The notes beneath the pieces were generated by a model that saw nothing but the letters and a program-made list of their open reading frames with translations, did no database searches and was not told the origin of the DNA. Below, piece after piece: positions 50,391 to 62,174 of a DNA stretch of 64,000 nucleotides. Made by a program: the position numbers and the translations under genes. Position 1 is the stretch's first letter, and the number at the start of each line of letters is the position of its first letter. Origin of the DNA: Lama glama (lineage: Eukaryota); NCBI GenBank assembly GCA_028534125.1, contig CM052816.1, forward strand, positions 6,698,001 through 6,762,000, written 5' to 3'.

Positions 50391-50914
50391 TACACAACAA
50401 ATATAAAACAATGACTATAGAGCACCCAGCCACAGTGCCTTGGACATGGTTAGCATTACATTTATGCAAGCTATTTTACTGAAATTCTTTGTCCACCCCT
50501 GCCACATTCACAGCTGAGAAATGGGAACTCCTGAGGATGGCCATGCAGTCTCTTTACATTTGTATTCACAGTCACTGTCCAGCATAGTGCTGGCACTCAG
50601 AATGATATTTGCTGAATGAAACAATGAATAGATTAAATTCATGCACTGACAGAATTACAAGTAAAGGTCTTCTATCCGAACTTCCCACCCAGTGTATAAA
50701 TACCCACCCCTCTTAGCCTTCCTAATTTGGGTTGTACTTTGGCCACGGCCGGGCAAGCATCATTTCATAAGGCACTGTTGTCCAGCTTATGCTGAGCAAA
50801 AAATCCCTTTCTCTAATATTTACCTTTAGGTCTGCTGAGGACCTCACAGTGCAATTACAGTCCCTATTCCTCATGGCAGGGGTGCCACTGGTGACTGTGG
50901 ACCAGGAAGCAGCT

Positions 50915-51035
50915 GGGTCTAGGGTAAGGCAGGTAAGGTATATGCTTCAGGTGCAACATTTAAGGAAGAACCAAAAACTCAGTAATCAAGAGAAATATTT
51001 CAATGCAGTATTTTAAGGAATCAAATGAGCAAACT
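50915..51035. mobile_element. Probable hAT-type DNA transposon fragment
   Basis: GGTGCAACATTTAAGGAAGAACCAAAAACTCAGTAATCAAGAGAAATATTTCAATGCAGTATTTT resembles a recurrent eutherian hAT MITE. Confidence 0.45.
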
Positions 51036-51542
51036 ACAGCCCACAGAACAAACGACAGCCTACCAGGGCAAACCTCAGAAAGCTTAATGAAGATTTTCTC
51101 TTAGGACTGAAGCACAGGATTACATTTCAAGCTTCACCAAACCGTAGCCTATTTTTTAAGGGATATTTTTGTTTGTTCTTTAACAACCCAGAAGCTAAGG
51201 CCTCCTATGCAGGAACAACAAGTGAATCCACCTCCCAGCATGCCCTGAAGGCTGCTTTTCCATCAAGCAAATTTACGAGCAATAAAGTAGCCTCAAGGAT
51301 TACAGTTTGCCTTTTCAGAAAATGAGAAACCTCCTGGAGCAAAGCTGTGCTTAAGCAGCTGTCATCTTACCTGGTCATTTCAGGAGGAGGAAAGGAGAAG
51401 AAGCAAGGTTCAAATCAAGTCTGCATTGCTCTCTCTGCCATTTTATTTCTCTTCTTTCATTCATAACTACCAAAAGCCCAGCTCTCCTCAGAGCTATCAT
51501 TTCTTCAGCACCTGTTAAGTGCTGAGCACTGTTCTTGGTCCT

Positions 51543-51546
<4 letters not shown>

Positions 51547-51590
<44 letters not shown>
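51547..51590. repeat. (TA)n microsatellite within a MIR
   Basis: ~22 TA units. Confidence 0.97.
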
Positions 51591-51592
<2 letters not shown>

Positions 51593-51779
51593 TAATCATT
51601 GCAACAGTCTTGCAAAGGAAGTATTATTAGTTACTCCTAACTCTCTGAGACTTAGAGATATGAAGTATCTAGCCCAAGATCACACAGTTAACTTTGGTAG
51701 GAGGACTAGGAGTCAAATCTGCATTTCTCTGAGGTCTCTTCAACACGCCCCAGACAACAGCCTTGGATCTAGCTCCTGT

Positions 51780-52248
51780 GACAGTAATTCTCCATCTTCA
51801 TCTACTCATCGTCACCATGGTATCCGTCATATCTGTGTGCTAGTACCATCATCTGCACTATGATGAGTATAAGAGTCTTTTAATGAATCAACTGGTTTTT
51901 ATTTAAATAAATTTTGAAAATAACTTTAAAAGAAACTTTAGATCATTCCACAAATTGAATTAATCATTTATTGTATGTGCAAAATACATAGAGTGAAGAC
52001 AAAACAATGCCCAGATTCAGGCCAAGCACTCTTGCCTACCACATGCTGTGAGCCTGAGACCTGTACCCTCTGCTAAAAAAAAGGAAAATTAGCAAGATTA
52101 GAATCCAACAGAGACTTTCTCTTTAATGAACTCAGAAGAGTTTAAAGAGAATTATCCCTAATGTTGCTTAATTCCGTTATCTGGAAGACACCGCAGTTCA
52201 CTTTGAATACCACCAATATCTGGGTGCCTCACACTCTCAGAAGAACTG
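51780..52248 (+). mobile_element. MER113-like hAT-Charlie element
   Basis: TTTATTTAAATAAATTT, AAAACAATG, GCTGTGAGCCTGAGACCTG, AATTAGCAAG, GAGACTTTCTC; homologous to the split copy at 14491-17393. Confidence 0.65.
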
Positions 52249-53361
52249 CAGAACTATTTAGAAGGTCATCTCGTGTCTTACCTCACAGAACACTGCCTCT
52301 CAGTCACCACAATAAAAGGAGCCAGGGCAACAGGAAGTTGGGAGGCCTATATTCTTGCCTGGTCTCTACCATAGGCCAGAAATAGGATTTGAGGCAAATT
52401 ATATCAACTTTGAACCTCAGTTTCTTTACCCAAAAGAGGAAAGTTATTTGTTCTTTTATTTTCTAATCCCTTCCAGATCTAAAATTCTCTAAATTTCATC
52501 TTGCCTGTTTATATTATTTTCCCAAAATTCTGTTACTTAAATTTCATTTCTGTGAAATGAAGCTCTATTGTCCCTGTGTTTGTCTTTGGTATAAGACAAA
52601 TATAAAATGTAACTTACAATGTAAGACTCTAAAACTTTACTGGTAATCAGCATATCAAACTGTTTTAGATTATTACTTAAGTAGAAGGTCTTTCAGCATA
52701 AACTTACTATTCATTCAAGTGTGACACCAAAAAAGTACCAAAGCCAGACAGATGAATTCTAGAACGGTCTCAATTCCTTATACGCTGTGGGTCCTTGAGC
52801 AAGTATCTTACCCTCTCTGATCCTGTACCCATATTCATGAACCTGGTTGAATAATTCTTATCCTCTCCCATTTTATAGAGAAGTTGTAGGGATAAAATAA
52901 TCTCACTGATGAGAAAACACTTGGAAAAAACTATCCAAGCTCCGTGTGTCATAGAATTATTCTCACTGTCAAATGAGACAAAAGATATGAGGGCACTTTG
53001 ACAGTCTTATATAAACTGTCAGTTGACCTTGTACAAGTCGGTTAGTCTCTCCTGGTCTCTTTTCTCATTTAAATGATAAGCCCACTTAGGCCCCTTTTAT
53101 CACTAAAGTGTGATGGTTCAGGGATTGATTTATTGTCATATATGATTACTGTTTTCCCACAACCTATCAGTCAGGATCAAAGAAAAATAGATGATAAAGC
53201 AGGATCAGGGCCTCAAATAAAAGGAACAGAGGATCAGAGGCAGAGGTTCTGGGTTTATGCCTCAGCTTTGCCACGCCTCGGGTTTGCAGCCTTAGGCAAG
53301 TTTCTTCCCCTTTTAGAGTCTCCACATCCTCATGAGTACTAAGAAAGTTGGGTTAAATTAA

Positions 53362-54037
53362 TGTAGAGTAGACCATTGCTATTTATGCCTCTCTAGTGTC
53401 TCTGCTTCCTTTTTCTGCAGTGACTCCCCAGGATTCCTCTGGGGAACCAGCCCTACCTAGTCCTCATCCAGGAAGTTCACATGGCACTGACCTCATTCCC
53501 TGGAGCTCCATGATCCCAAGGAATCGAGGTTTTATGTGCTGGGCTGCAGGTGGGATCTGCCTTGAGACCAGGCTCCAAAGATACTTGACCTCATAGTTCC
53601 CTTGAGAGCTCTCTTTCTGGAACTAAGATCAAGGGCTGGTCAATGCTTGCTCCATTTTTATCCAGACTGATTGACTCAGGGATGGGCACTCAACCAAAAT
53701 GGTCCAAGGAAACCCTATCCCAGGTTCTGCTGGAGCTATATAGAAGGAGAAGCTTTTTTCCTAATGAGATTACTAGCTATAGAGATGATACAGACCTAGA
53801 GTCTTGCTGGTGGCCATCTGTCTCCCACACATGGGAAGAGCCTTCCTGAGACTAAAACCAACTCAGAGAAAAACAAAGAGCAAAGGAGATCCCTGATAAC
53901 ATTATCTGGACTCCTGGATCCAGTCTTGTCTGAGGACATATACTCAGAGTTCAGTAAACCCATCAACTCTCTTTTCAGCTCACACTAGCTCAAGCTGGGT
54001 TTCTGACACATACCACTGAGGGGTTCTGATGGATACA
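53362..54037 (+). mobile_element. Old MLT1-type (K/L/J-like) LTR containing a ~100-bp foreign insert
   Basis: GATTGACTCAGGGATGGGCAC, CTCCTGGATCCAGTCTTGTCTGAG, terminal CTAGCTCAAGCTGGGTTTCTGACAC...GTTCTGATGGATACA. Confidence 0.7.
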
Positions 54038-54619
54038 AAGAAGTTTTCAAACTTGCCGTGTAGAGGGCCACTGAAGAAAGGCTAGGGCAGGCCAAACTAA
54101 CTGACGGTGATATTGGGCCCACGTGTCCCCATTTATACAGGGCATCTTCTCCATTATTGGTTTTGTATACTGGCCTGCATATAGCATTTGCTTTGAGAGC
54201 AGACTCCAAGGATACTTGACCTCATGGTTTCCTTCAGATCTTTCTGGAACCCAAACTAAGAATCTTTAAGGAGCAAGGGTTTTTGGTCCTAACCTCATCT
54301 AGGGTAAGAGACAAAACCTAATCTAGGGTAGGAGACAAAAAGGCCTAAAAGTAGTGGGTGGGGGGAGGAAAGGCTGTTGACAACTGGGGAGACATTTTCA
54401 TGTTTTTTAAAAAAGCACAGCTCAACAGAGCTGATGACCACCAGGTGAGCACAAGGGTGCTAGACATTTTAATTTTTTAAAAGAAGCCAGATTCCCTGAT
54501 TTTTATATGGAGTCATCTGATTTTGGTTTTGAGGAACTAATTTAGTAAAATTTTAAATTGCCTTTAAGCCAAGCAACATACATCTACAAATTAAATTCAA
54601 AGTGTGAATTACTCTTCTT

Positions 54620-54780
54620 TACTGAGTCCAAAGACATTTTGCAGTGGGTCTCTGAGTTCCACGACATATGACAAACTTAATGTGCCTGTACACATATGTA
54701 TTTTCCCAGGAAAAGGTCCAGAGTTTTCAATTAGATTCTTCAAAGGATTTCCATAATCCAGAAAAGGTAAAAACTATCTG
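54620..54780. mobile_element. MER103C-like hAT element
   Basis: ATGTATTTTCCCAGGAAAAGGTCCAGAGTTTTCAATTAGATTCTTCAAAGG...CCAGAAAAGGTAAAAACTATCTG. Confidence 0.6.
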
Positions 54781-55329
54781 GTCACGGGAAGATTATACCA
54801 GAAATGTTACCAACTGCATGTACATGTGCGTGCATGTGTATGTAAATATATGTGAGTGTGTATTTTGATGGGACATTATTTACCCAATATTTTTTCTTTC
54901 AAAGTTAAAAGGTTAATTCCTCTTCTCTTATGTCCCTCACTCTCCCCTCGCTGAAAAGAACACTATATTACCACCAATATTTACTGTGCTCAGCCAGGAG
55001 AGAAAGAAATCGGGCATGGGCGATTAATTAAGCTTTAACCCTTGGCAGAATTTACTTCTGTCCACCCTGGGACAAGGCAGCACACTTGTTCTTGGCTCAG
55101 GGGTGGGGGGGTGCTGTTACAGCTGGCTTGAGGGAGTTGGTCCTATCTGCTCCTTTTCACCATAAGCAACTAACACCAGAGGAGACTTATTTGTTGGCTC
55201 ACTCCTTCGCTCACTGATTCACTCATTCATTTACCAAATGAACACACTGAGGACCTCCTACAGGCAGGACTGTGTAGGGACCCAGGAATATAGAGATTCC
55301 ATTCCTATGCTTGAATTCACAGGTAAGTT

Positions 55330-55457
55330 TAGGTAGGTAGGTAGGTAGGAAGGAAGGAAGGGAGGGAGGGGAAGGAAGGAGGGAGGAAGAAGAGAGTGAG
55401 AAAGGGAGAGGAGGAGAGGGAAGGGAGGGAGGAGGAGAGAAAGAAAAAGAAAGAAGA
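55330..55457 (+). repeat. Purine-rich low-complexity tract (TAGG/GGAA/GGGA)
   Basis: Visible directly in the sequence. Confidence 0.95.
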
Positions 55458-55777
55458 CAGACCTATAGATATATAATTTTTTTTTACTTTTTTGCCTTAC
55501 CATTTCACAGGGAGAACTGTCAGATTCAAATGAAATCATGGCTGAGATGTTTTCCATGAAACAGTAATAAGCTTCATACATGTGAGGGAACCGCATCCTG
55601 CAGTTCACAAAGCAATTCCTCCTCCATTAGCACAGGTAAGCCAGTGGCAAAGAAAAGACCTATACTTTACAGATGAATAAACCCAAACTCCAGTTCAAGC
55701 CCTTCTTTTGCTAAAGGACTGAGGCTGAAGCAGGGCCCTTGTCTAGTCTCCTGGAGGCCATTTTCATTAAATACTCA

Positions 55778-55968
55778 TTGTGTTTCTTAAGGGGGTTTTG
55801 AGGTGCTATTATTTTGGGGTGGGACCTTTTGTTAGAAAAATGGCATCACTGACTTCCTATCAACTAAATGTCAATAGTGTCCCACCTTCATTGGGACCAA
55901 CCAAATGATGGTACCAATTCTAAATGCCCCTAGTGGGGAGGGACAATCCTGCCTTACTGAAGAACCTT
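55778..55968. mobile_element. MER20-like hAT element
   Basis: GGCATCACTGACTTCCTATCAACTAAATGTCAATAG...AAATGCCCCTAGTGGGG...TGAAGAACC. Confidence 0.6.
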
Positions 55969-56002
55969 GTTAAAAAAAAGGGTTGTAAGAATGGCCAATG
56001 GC

Positions 56003-56439
56003 GGGGGGGGGGGTTGTTGAGCCAAGACGGCGGAGCAGAGAGACTCAAAGCTCGCCCTCTCCCACAAATACACCATGAGTTACATCTACAAGCCCACTGA
56101 ATCACACACAACACCTATCAAACTCTGGTCGAGGGTCTCTTGCTTTGAAATATAGGAGGAGTCTCACAAAATCCGATAACCAACAAGTTTCTACTGTATA
56201 GCACAGAAAACTATATTCAGTATCTTGTAGTAACTTATGGTGAAAAATATGAAAATGAATATATGTATGTTCATGTATGACTGAAGCATTATGCTGTACA
56301 CCAAAAACTGACACATTGTAAACTGACTATACTTTTATATATATATATTTATATATATATATATACACACACACACATACATACACACATATATATACAC
56401 ATACATACATACATACATATATATATACACACACAAAAA
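56003..56439 (+). mobile_element. ORF-less mini-L1: first ~170 nt of the L1 5'UTR joined to the last ~160 nt of the 3'UTR, with a tail converted to TA/CA microsatellite (candidate spliced retrotransposed L1)
   Basis: G-run then GAGCCAAGACGGCGGAG 5' end colinear with 59416-59574; junction ATCCG|ATAACCAACAAG; TSD AAGAATGGCCAATGG (55987-56001) / AAGAATGGCTTATGG (56440-56454). Confidence 0.9.
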
Positions 56440-56529
56440 AAGAATGGCTTATGGACATTTCAGGATTTTCATTACAGGGCCCATGCCCACTGAAACAATG
56501 CTGTCTCTCATACCGCACCTCCCACCCTA

Positions 56530-57000
56530 CCCTCATTCATTCTACAAATACTCCCTGATGAGCCACATGAGCCAGACCCTACTCTCAGGGCTGAAGACAG
56601 TGCAGTGAACAAGACAGACAAGATCCCTTCCCTGTAGACATTATAATCAAGTCAGGAAAGGCAGGCAAAAATAAAGTGAACTCATAAATATGTTCTTTCA
56701 GGTAGTGCTATGCATAAGGAGAAAAAATAAGGGGAGCTGAGGGAGGGAGGCAATTATAACTGACATGGGCATCAGAGGAGGCCTCTCTGAGGAGGTGACA
56801 ACTGAGTCAGGGAACCAGCCATGCAAAGAAGTGGGGAAGAGAATCCTAGGAAAGAGAAGAGCTAGCACAAAAGACCTGATGAAAGAACAGCCTGGTACGT
56901 CTAGGACCAGCAAGAAGGACAGCGTGACTAGGACAAAGTAAACAAGGCAGAAGTGAAGGAGAGGAGGTCAGAGTGTTGGCAGGGGCCATCCTGGAGGGCC
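56530..57000 (-). mobile_element. L2 (relatively well preserved 3' part)
   Basis: CATTCATTCTACAAATACT...GCAGTGAACAAGACAGACAAGATCCC...GGAGGCCTCTCTGAGGAGGTGACA. Confidence 0.85.
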
Positions 57001-57164
57001 TCACAGTTTCTCAGGCACTAGCTGCTCCATCTGCCTGGAATGCCCTTCCCAGGATTTGTAGTTTCTTCAGTAAAGTTTCCCGTGACCTCCCTAGGTTACA
57101 ACTAACTATCCCCTTCTTTCTTGTTTCTACTATACTTAACGTACATTATACTTGATGGCCAAGG

Positions 57165-57375
57165 GAATTGGCTCTGGAGCCAAACCACCCAGAGTCACTA
57201 GCTCTGTACCCTAGGCCCAATCACCTAACTTCTTTGGGCTTTGGTTTCCTCCCCTTCAAAACTGGGGAAAACACCAGTACCCTTGGGTACAACTGGGTTA
57301 GTATAAGGATTAAATGAGTTAATGTAAGTTCTTAGAACAGTGCCTTGCACGTAGTAAGTGTTCAATGCTGTTATA
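57165..57375 (+). mobile_element. MIR SINE
   Basis: GGCTCTGGAGCCA...AAGGATTAAATGAGTTAATGTAAGTTCTTAGAACAGTGCC. Confidence 0.85.
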
Positions 57376-58794
57376 AAACACTGTATCACATTCATGTATT
57401 TTTGCATCTATCCTCAAATAAATTCTAATATCCCCTGAAGGCATGACATGGGTCAAACACCTTACACATGTGTCCACCGTAACTAATACTGTACCTGGCA
57501 TATAGCAGATGCCCAGAAAGATTACCATCTTCTAAGGGAGGGAGAGGAAAAATGAGGAAGGCAGGCAAATGATTAGAAAGCAAGAGGAGAAAAGTTTTAC
57601 ACTTTTCCAAGTGTTCTGATGTCAAGTTTCTTATTTCATCTTCATAGCAACTCAGTGACCCTACAGAGAAAGAGTTGTCTGTCCAATTTCACAGATAGGA
57701 AAGTTGAGCTCCAGAGAGGTCAATGACACTGCTCTTCACAATGAATGACCGAGCTCAGAAGGTTTATAATACACAATGACTACATCTAAACATACGTTAT
57801 CCTCATTGGCAATAAAAGTAATTGTTAGAGTTCTGTTTGTAAAGGGCTTTGTGTTTATGAACTACTTTAAAAATCAGTATTTATTGGAGCTTTACAACAT
57901 TCCATTGAGGTAGTCAAAGTTGACTCTTTCCCTTTTCCAGAAAAGGAGACTGGGGTCCAAAGAGCTCACACCTTCCATGAAGTTGGCATCAGTGCTGGAA
58001 CTAAAGCCCAGGCTTTCTGGCTCCCACTCTGAGGCTCTCTCCATACCAGTCTGTTTCTCTGAGGCTGAGGGACCAGAGACCCAAACATATGTTCCTGGGG
58101 CAGGGCCTCAATTTGTTTGGACTCCTCTTCCCTAACTGTTTGGATCTGTTTCCTCAGTACTCATAGTCCATATATATTAAAACAGGGAAAAAATATTCGT
58201 CTAACAAATAACAAGAACTGTGTTCTGTGCCAATTTCTATTCTAGGCACAGTCAGTGATTCACTGGCGACCTTGGACCAGATAGTGGTAACCTTTATTCC
58301 TCTGACAAGCTTCTATTTCTCAGAACCCAGTCACAAGCAACACAGTTTCTGATACGATTTCCCCATTGCCCAAAGCCTGAGCAAGACCTCCAGAGATCAT
58401 GGGGCCAGCCCCTCCAGTTGACAGATTCTGATAAACCTATTTCAGTCTCCAGCCACCAGCTAGGAATATAACTTGGGACTGATAAGTCTAATGAGTTAAA
58501 ATTTAAGTGGCTTTTCCGAGATCTCTTAGCTAATGAAGAGTTGGTGTGTGACCAGTACACACCTTATGATTCCCAATGCAATGCTCATAACAAACTCACC
58601 TGAGAGCTTCTCTGCTAGGTATTCCCAGAAGAAAGCACACAGAATCTTCTAGAGCAAACACCAAGGGATCACATGCCACAGAGCGGGGTACTGGCTCAGT
58701 AGGAGCCAATGTCCAGGTGAAAAAGGATCAAATGCTCTTGTCTCTTTCTCAGTACATGAAAAAACTACCCCAAAATGAAATAATCTGTGCACAC

Positions 58795-59200
58795 AGAGCA
58801 TTCAACCAGCATTTATTGAGTGTCTATTGACCAACTATGGTGTTAGGTGCCAGGAAAATAGCTTTGAACAACTAAGTGCCCTCTTGGAGTTTATAGTCTA
58901 GAAGAGGCAGACATCAAACAGACAATCACCAAATAAATACTGAAATACAACTGGGCTGGACACCGTGAAGTGCAGAAGTTAAGAGAGTTTATAACAGAAG
59001 ATCTGACAAGTCTGGAGAATCAAGGAAGGCTTCCTTGAGGAACTAACATTGAATCTGAGCCCATAAAGGTAAGATGGAAGGAAGAAAGAACTTTCCAGGT
59101 AGAAGGAACAACATGGACAAGGACCCTGGAGCAAGAAGGAGCATGGAACACTTAAGAAATTGAGGCAGACTTTTATGGATAGAGAGTGGAGATCTGCAGA
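58795..59200 (-). mobile_element. L2 3' part
   Basis: CATTCAACCAGCATTTATTGAGTGTCTA...TCAAGGAAGGCTTCCTTGAGGAA. Confidence 0.85.
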
Positions 59201-59415
59201 GGGGTGAGTGACAGGCAGAGCAAAGACTTTGCAAGACTCAGTAGGTAACAGAATGGAATTCGGGCTCTAGCCTTGACTCTGTGTTCCCAAGGAACATTAC
59301 GTTGCCTACCCCACATGGAAATACCTGGAGGAGCCAGGGCCTGAGCCCACCTTAAATGCACTCCCTGGAGAGTGAACAGAATGCACTGGAGCCCAAGACA
59401 GAATACAGAAAAAGA

Positions 59416-60747
59416 GAAGGAAACAAGACGGCGGAGTAGAAGGATGCTTGTAGCCCACCCTCTCCTACAAATACACCAAAACTCACATCTACGGACCCAC
59501 TCAGCCAACCAGAACACCTGCCGAACTCTGACAGAACATCACCCTCTTCGAAAGACAAAGACGCCAAAAATCTGGTAGGAAAAAAGGAAAAAAGAAAGAA
59601 TAAAAAGCAAAACAGTGCGGGACTGATCCTGCGGGGAGGGAGCGGCAGAGGAGGATTGGCACTCGTTCGCTGGGTCTCCCCTCTCCAACAGAGAGGCCAC
59701 TGGGACGGAGGGGGAACCTCCAAGGCTCAGATCTGCCCCGGGCACCCCTTGACCAACAGAACTGAGTTAAACGGGCACAAAGGGTCCCCGTGACACCCAG
59801 CCCCAGACGTGAGCCGGAAGCTGCAGCCAGGGCAGGCGGCCCGAGCTGGGCGAAGGATGGGGGCGGCTGCACTGAGGCAGCCCCGGGGGACTGTAGGGTG
59901 CTGCGTGCTGTGCTGGGAGGGGATATGGAGCAGAACAACCTCGGTCCCCCATAAATTGCGAAAAAAGCAAAGTAACATGGCTGGTGTGCCCGGGGGGAGG
60001 GGCGCCATAGCCTTTGTCTCCTCAGACCTGCACCACCATTCCTGGCACTTCTCGAGAGAAGAGAGGTGGGGCTCAGCCACAGCCACCATATTCTCCAGTG
60101 CGCAGCACCCGGGCGGGGGTGGGGCTGAGACCTGAACCTGCACCCGGGGACTCCACAACCTCCCACGCAGGACTGAGACTTGTTTACAGCTGGAGGCAGA
60201 TAGGATCTTTCTGCTCTGGCACTTCAGAGAACTCGCGCCACCAAGATAAGCAAGGAGCTGAGACTTGGCACAGAGCAGAGGTGGGGCCGTTCCGCGGTCT
60301 TCCCCAAGCCTACCTTTGGAACACCGACCTGAGGCGGAGTGGGCAGCTGCACAGAGCAGCCGAGCAACCGGCAACGGGAAAGGGCGGGTGGCAACCCACT
60401 TTCCTGGCAGGAACACAGTACCTGACCATGGTGCTGGGAGGGGGTGTGATCCACCCACCTACCTCCCCTGAGTGCAGCATGTGACTGCAGCATCAGGAGG
60501 GGGAGTGACCTGCCTGCTCACCAGATTAGAGCTCAGCACCCAGTGTCGGGAGGGGGTGCAATCTGCTAGCCAACAGCCACTGGGAGCAGCACAGAAGAGG
60601 GCGCCAACAGAGGGCTGCTGGAAACAGCAAGCTGAGTTCGTGAAACAGGGCGAAGACACAAAGACCTCTCAATAAAATCATTAAGAGCACAGAGTCTTCA
60701 GGAGAAGTAGGTAACTGATACTCCTTAAGCCACAGTGCCAGAGAGAT
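59416..60747 (+). promoter_or_regulatory. L1 5'UTR internal promoter / CpG-rich island
   Basis: YY1-like CAAGACGGCGG near the 5' end; the only CpG-dense stretch in the window. Confidence 0.8.
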
Positions 60748-61636
60748 ATGAGCAATATGAAGAAGCAGAGGAACCACTCCCAACTAAAAGATCAAGAGAA
60801 ATCCCCTGAAAGCACGATCAAGGAAATAGACATTGATAGATCAAGATTTCAAAAAAGGAATGATCAAAGTACTGAAGGAACTAAAAGAAATAGTGTTTAG
60901 AGATATAAACAATGTCAAAAATGAAATAGAAACTATAAAGAAGAACCAAGTAGAATTAGTAAACTCATTTGCTGAGATGAGATGTGACCTAAAGGCTGTA
61001 TAAAGCAGGCTAGATAATGCAGAGGAACGAATAAGTGACCTAGAAGACAGGACAACAGAAAGCACCCAATCAGAACAGCTGAAAGAAAAACAAATAAACA
61101 ACAATGAAAACAATGTAAGGGACCTATGGGATAATATGAAGCATGCCAATCTATGCATAATAGGGGTTCCAGAAGGGGAAGAAAGAACAAAGGGGGTTGA
61201 AAAGGTATTTGAAGAAATCATGACCAAAAACTTCCCAAACCTAAAGGAATCAGATATCCAAGTACAGGAGGCTCAGAGGGTCCCAAACAGGAAGAACCCA
61301 AACAGACCCACACCAAGACATATTATAATCAAGATGGCCAGAGTCAAGGATAAAGAAATGACCCTAAAAGCAGTAAGAGAAAAACAAAGAGTGAGTTACA
61401 AGGGAACCCCCATAAGGCTTTCAGCTGATTTCTCTACACAAACACTACAGGCCAGAAGGGAGTGGCAAGATATATTCAAAGTCCTGAATGAAAAAAGATG
61501 CAGCCTAGGATACTCTATCCAGCAAGGCTATCCTTTAGAATAGAAGGAGAGATAAAGAACTTCACAGACAAGCAAAAACTAAGAGTTTAGCAACACTAAA
61601 CCCATGCTAAAAGAAATATTGACAGGTCTACTGTAA
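60748..61636 (+). pseudogene. Disrupted L1 ORF1
   Basis: MSNMKKQRNHSQLKDQEKSPE...; NLCIIGVPEGEERTKGVEKVFEEIMTKNFPNL...PRHIIIKM...YKGTPIRLSADFSTQTLQARREWQDIFKVL; frameshift ~60838, in-frame TAA 61001-61003, frameshifts ~61495 and ~61580. Confidence 0.93.
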
Positions 61637-61674
61637 ATAGAAAAGAAGCAGGATGCTACAAAAATGAGAAACTC

Positions 61675-62174
61675 NNNNNNNNNNNNNNNNNNNNNNNNNN
61701 NNNNNNNNNNNNNNNNNNNNNNNNNNNNNNNNNNNNNNNNNNNNNNNNNNNNNNNNNNNNNNNNNNNNNNNNNNNNNNNNNNNNNNNNNNNNNNNNNNNN
61801 NNNNNNNNNNNNNNNNNNNNNNNNNNNNNNNNNNNNNNNNNNNNNNNNNNNNNNNNNNNNNNNNNNNNNNNNNNNNNNNNNNNNNNNNNNNNNNNNNNNN
61901 NNNNNNNNNNNNNNNNNNNNNNNNNNNNNNNNNNNNNNNNNNNNNNNNNNNNNNNNNNNNNNNNNNNNNNNNNNNNNNNNNNNNNNNNNNNNNNNNNNNN
62001 NNNNNNNNNNNNNNNNNNNNNNNNNNNNNNNNNNNNNNNNNNNNNNNNNNNNNNNNNNNNNNNNNNNNNNNNNNNNNNNNNNNNNNNNNNNNNNNNNNNN
62101 NNNNNNNNNNNNNNNNNNNNNNNNNNNNNNNNNNNNNNNNNNNNNNNNNNNNNNNNNNNNNNNNNNNNNNNNNN
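61675..62174. other. Assembly gap (exactly 500 N) inside the full-length L1
   Basis: Run of N. Confidence 1.

Noticed and set aside
59501..60493. 221-aa and 243-aa antisense ORFs and other ORFs in the L1 5'UTR
   Set aside because: Expected by chance in GC-rich, stop-poor sequence. They have non-ATG or unremarkable starts and no recognisable domain, so there is no evidence for an ORF0-like product.
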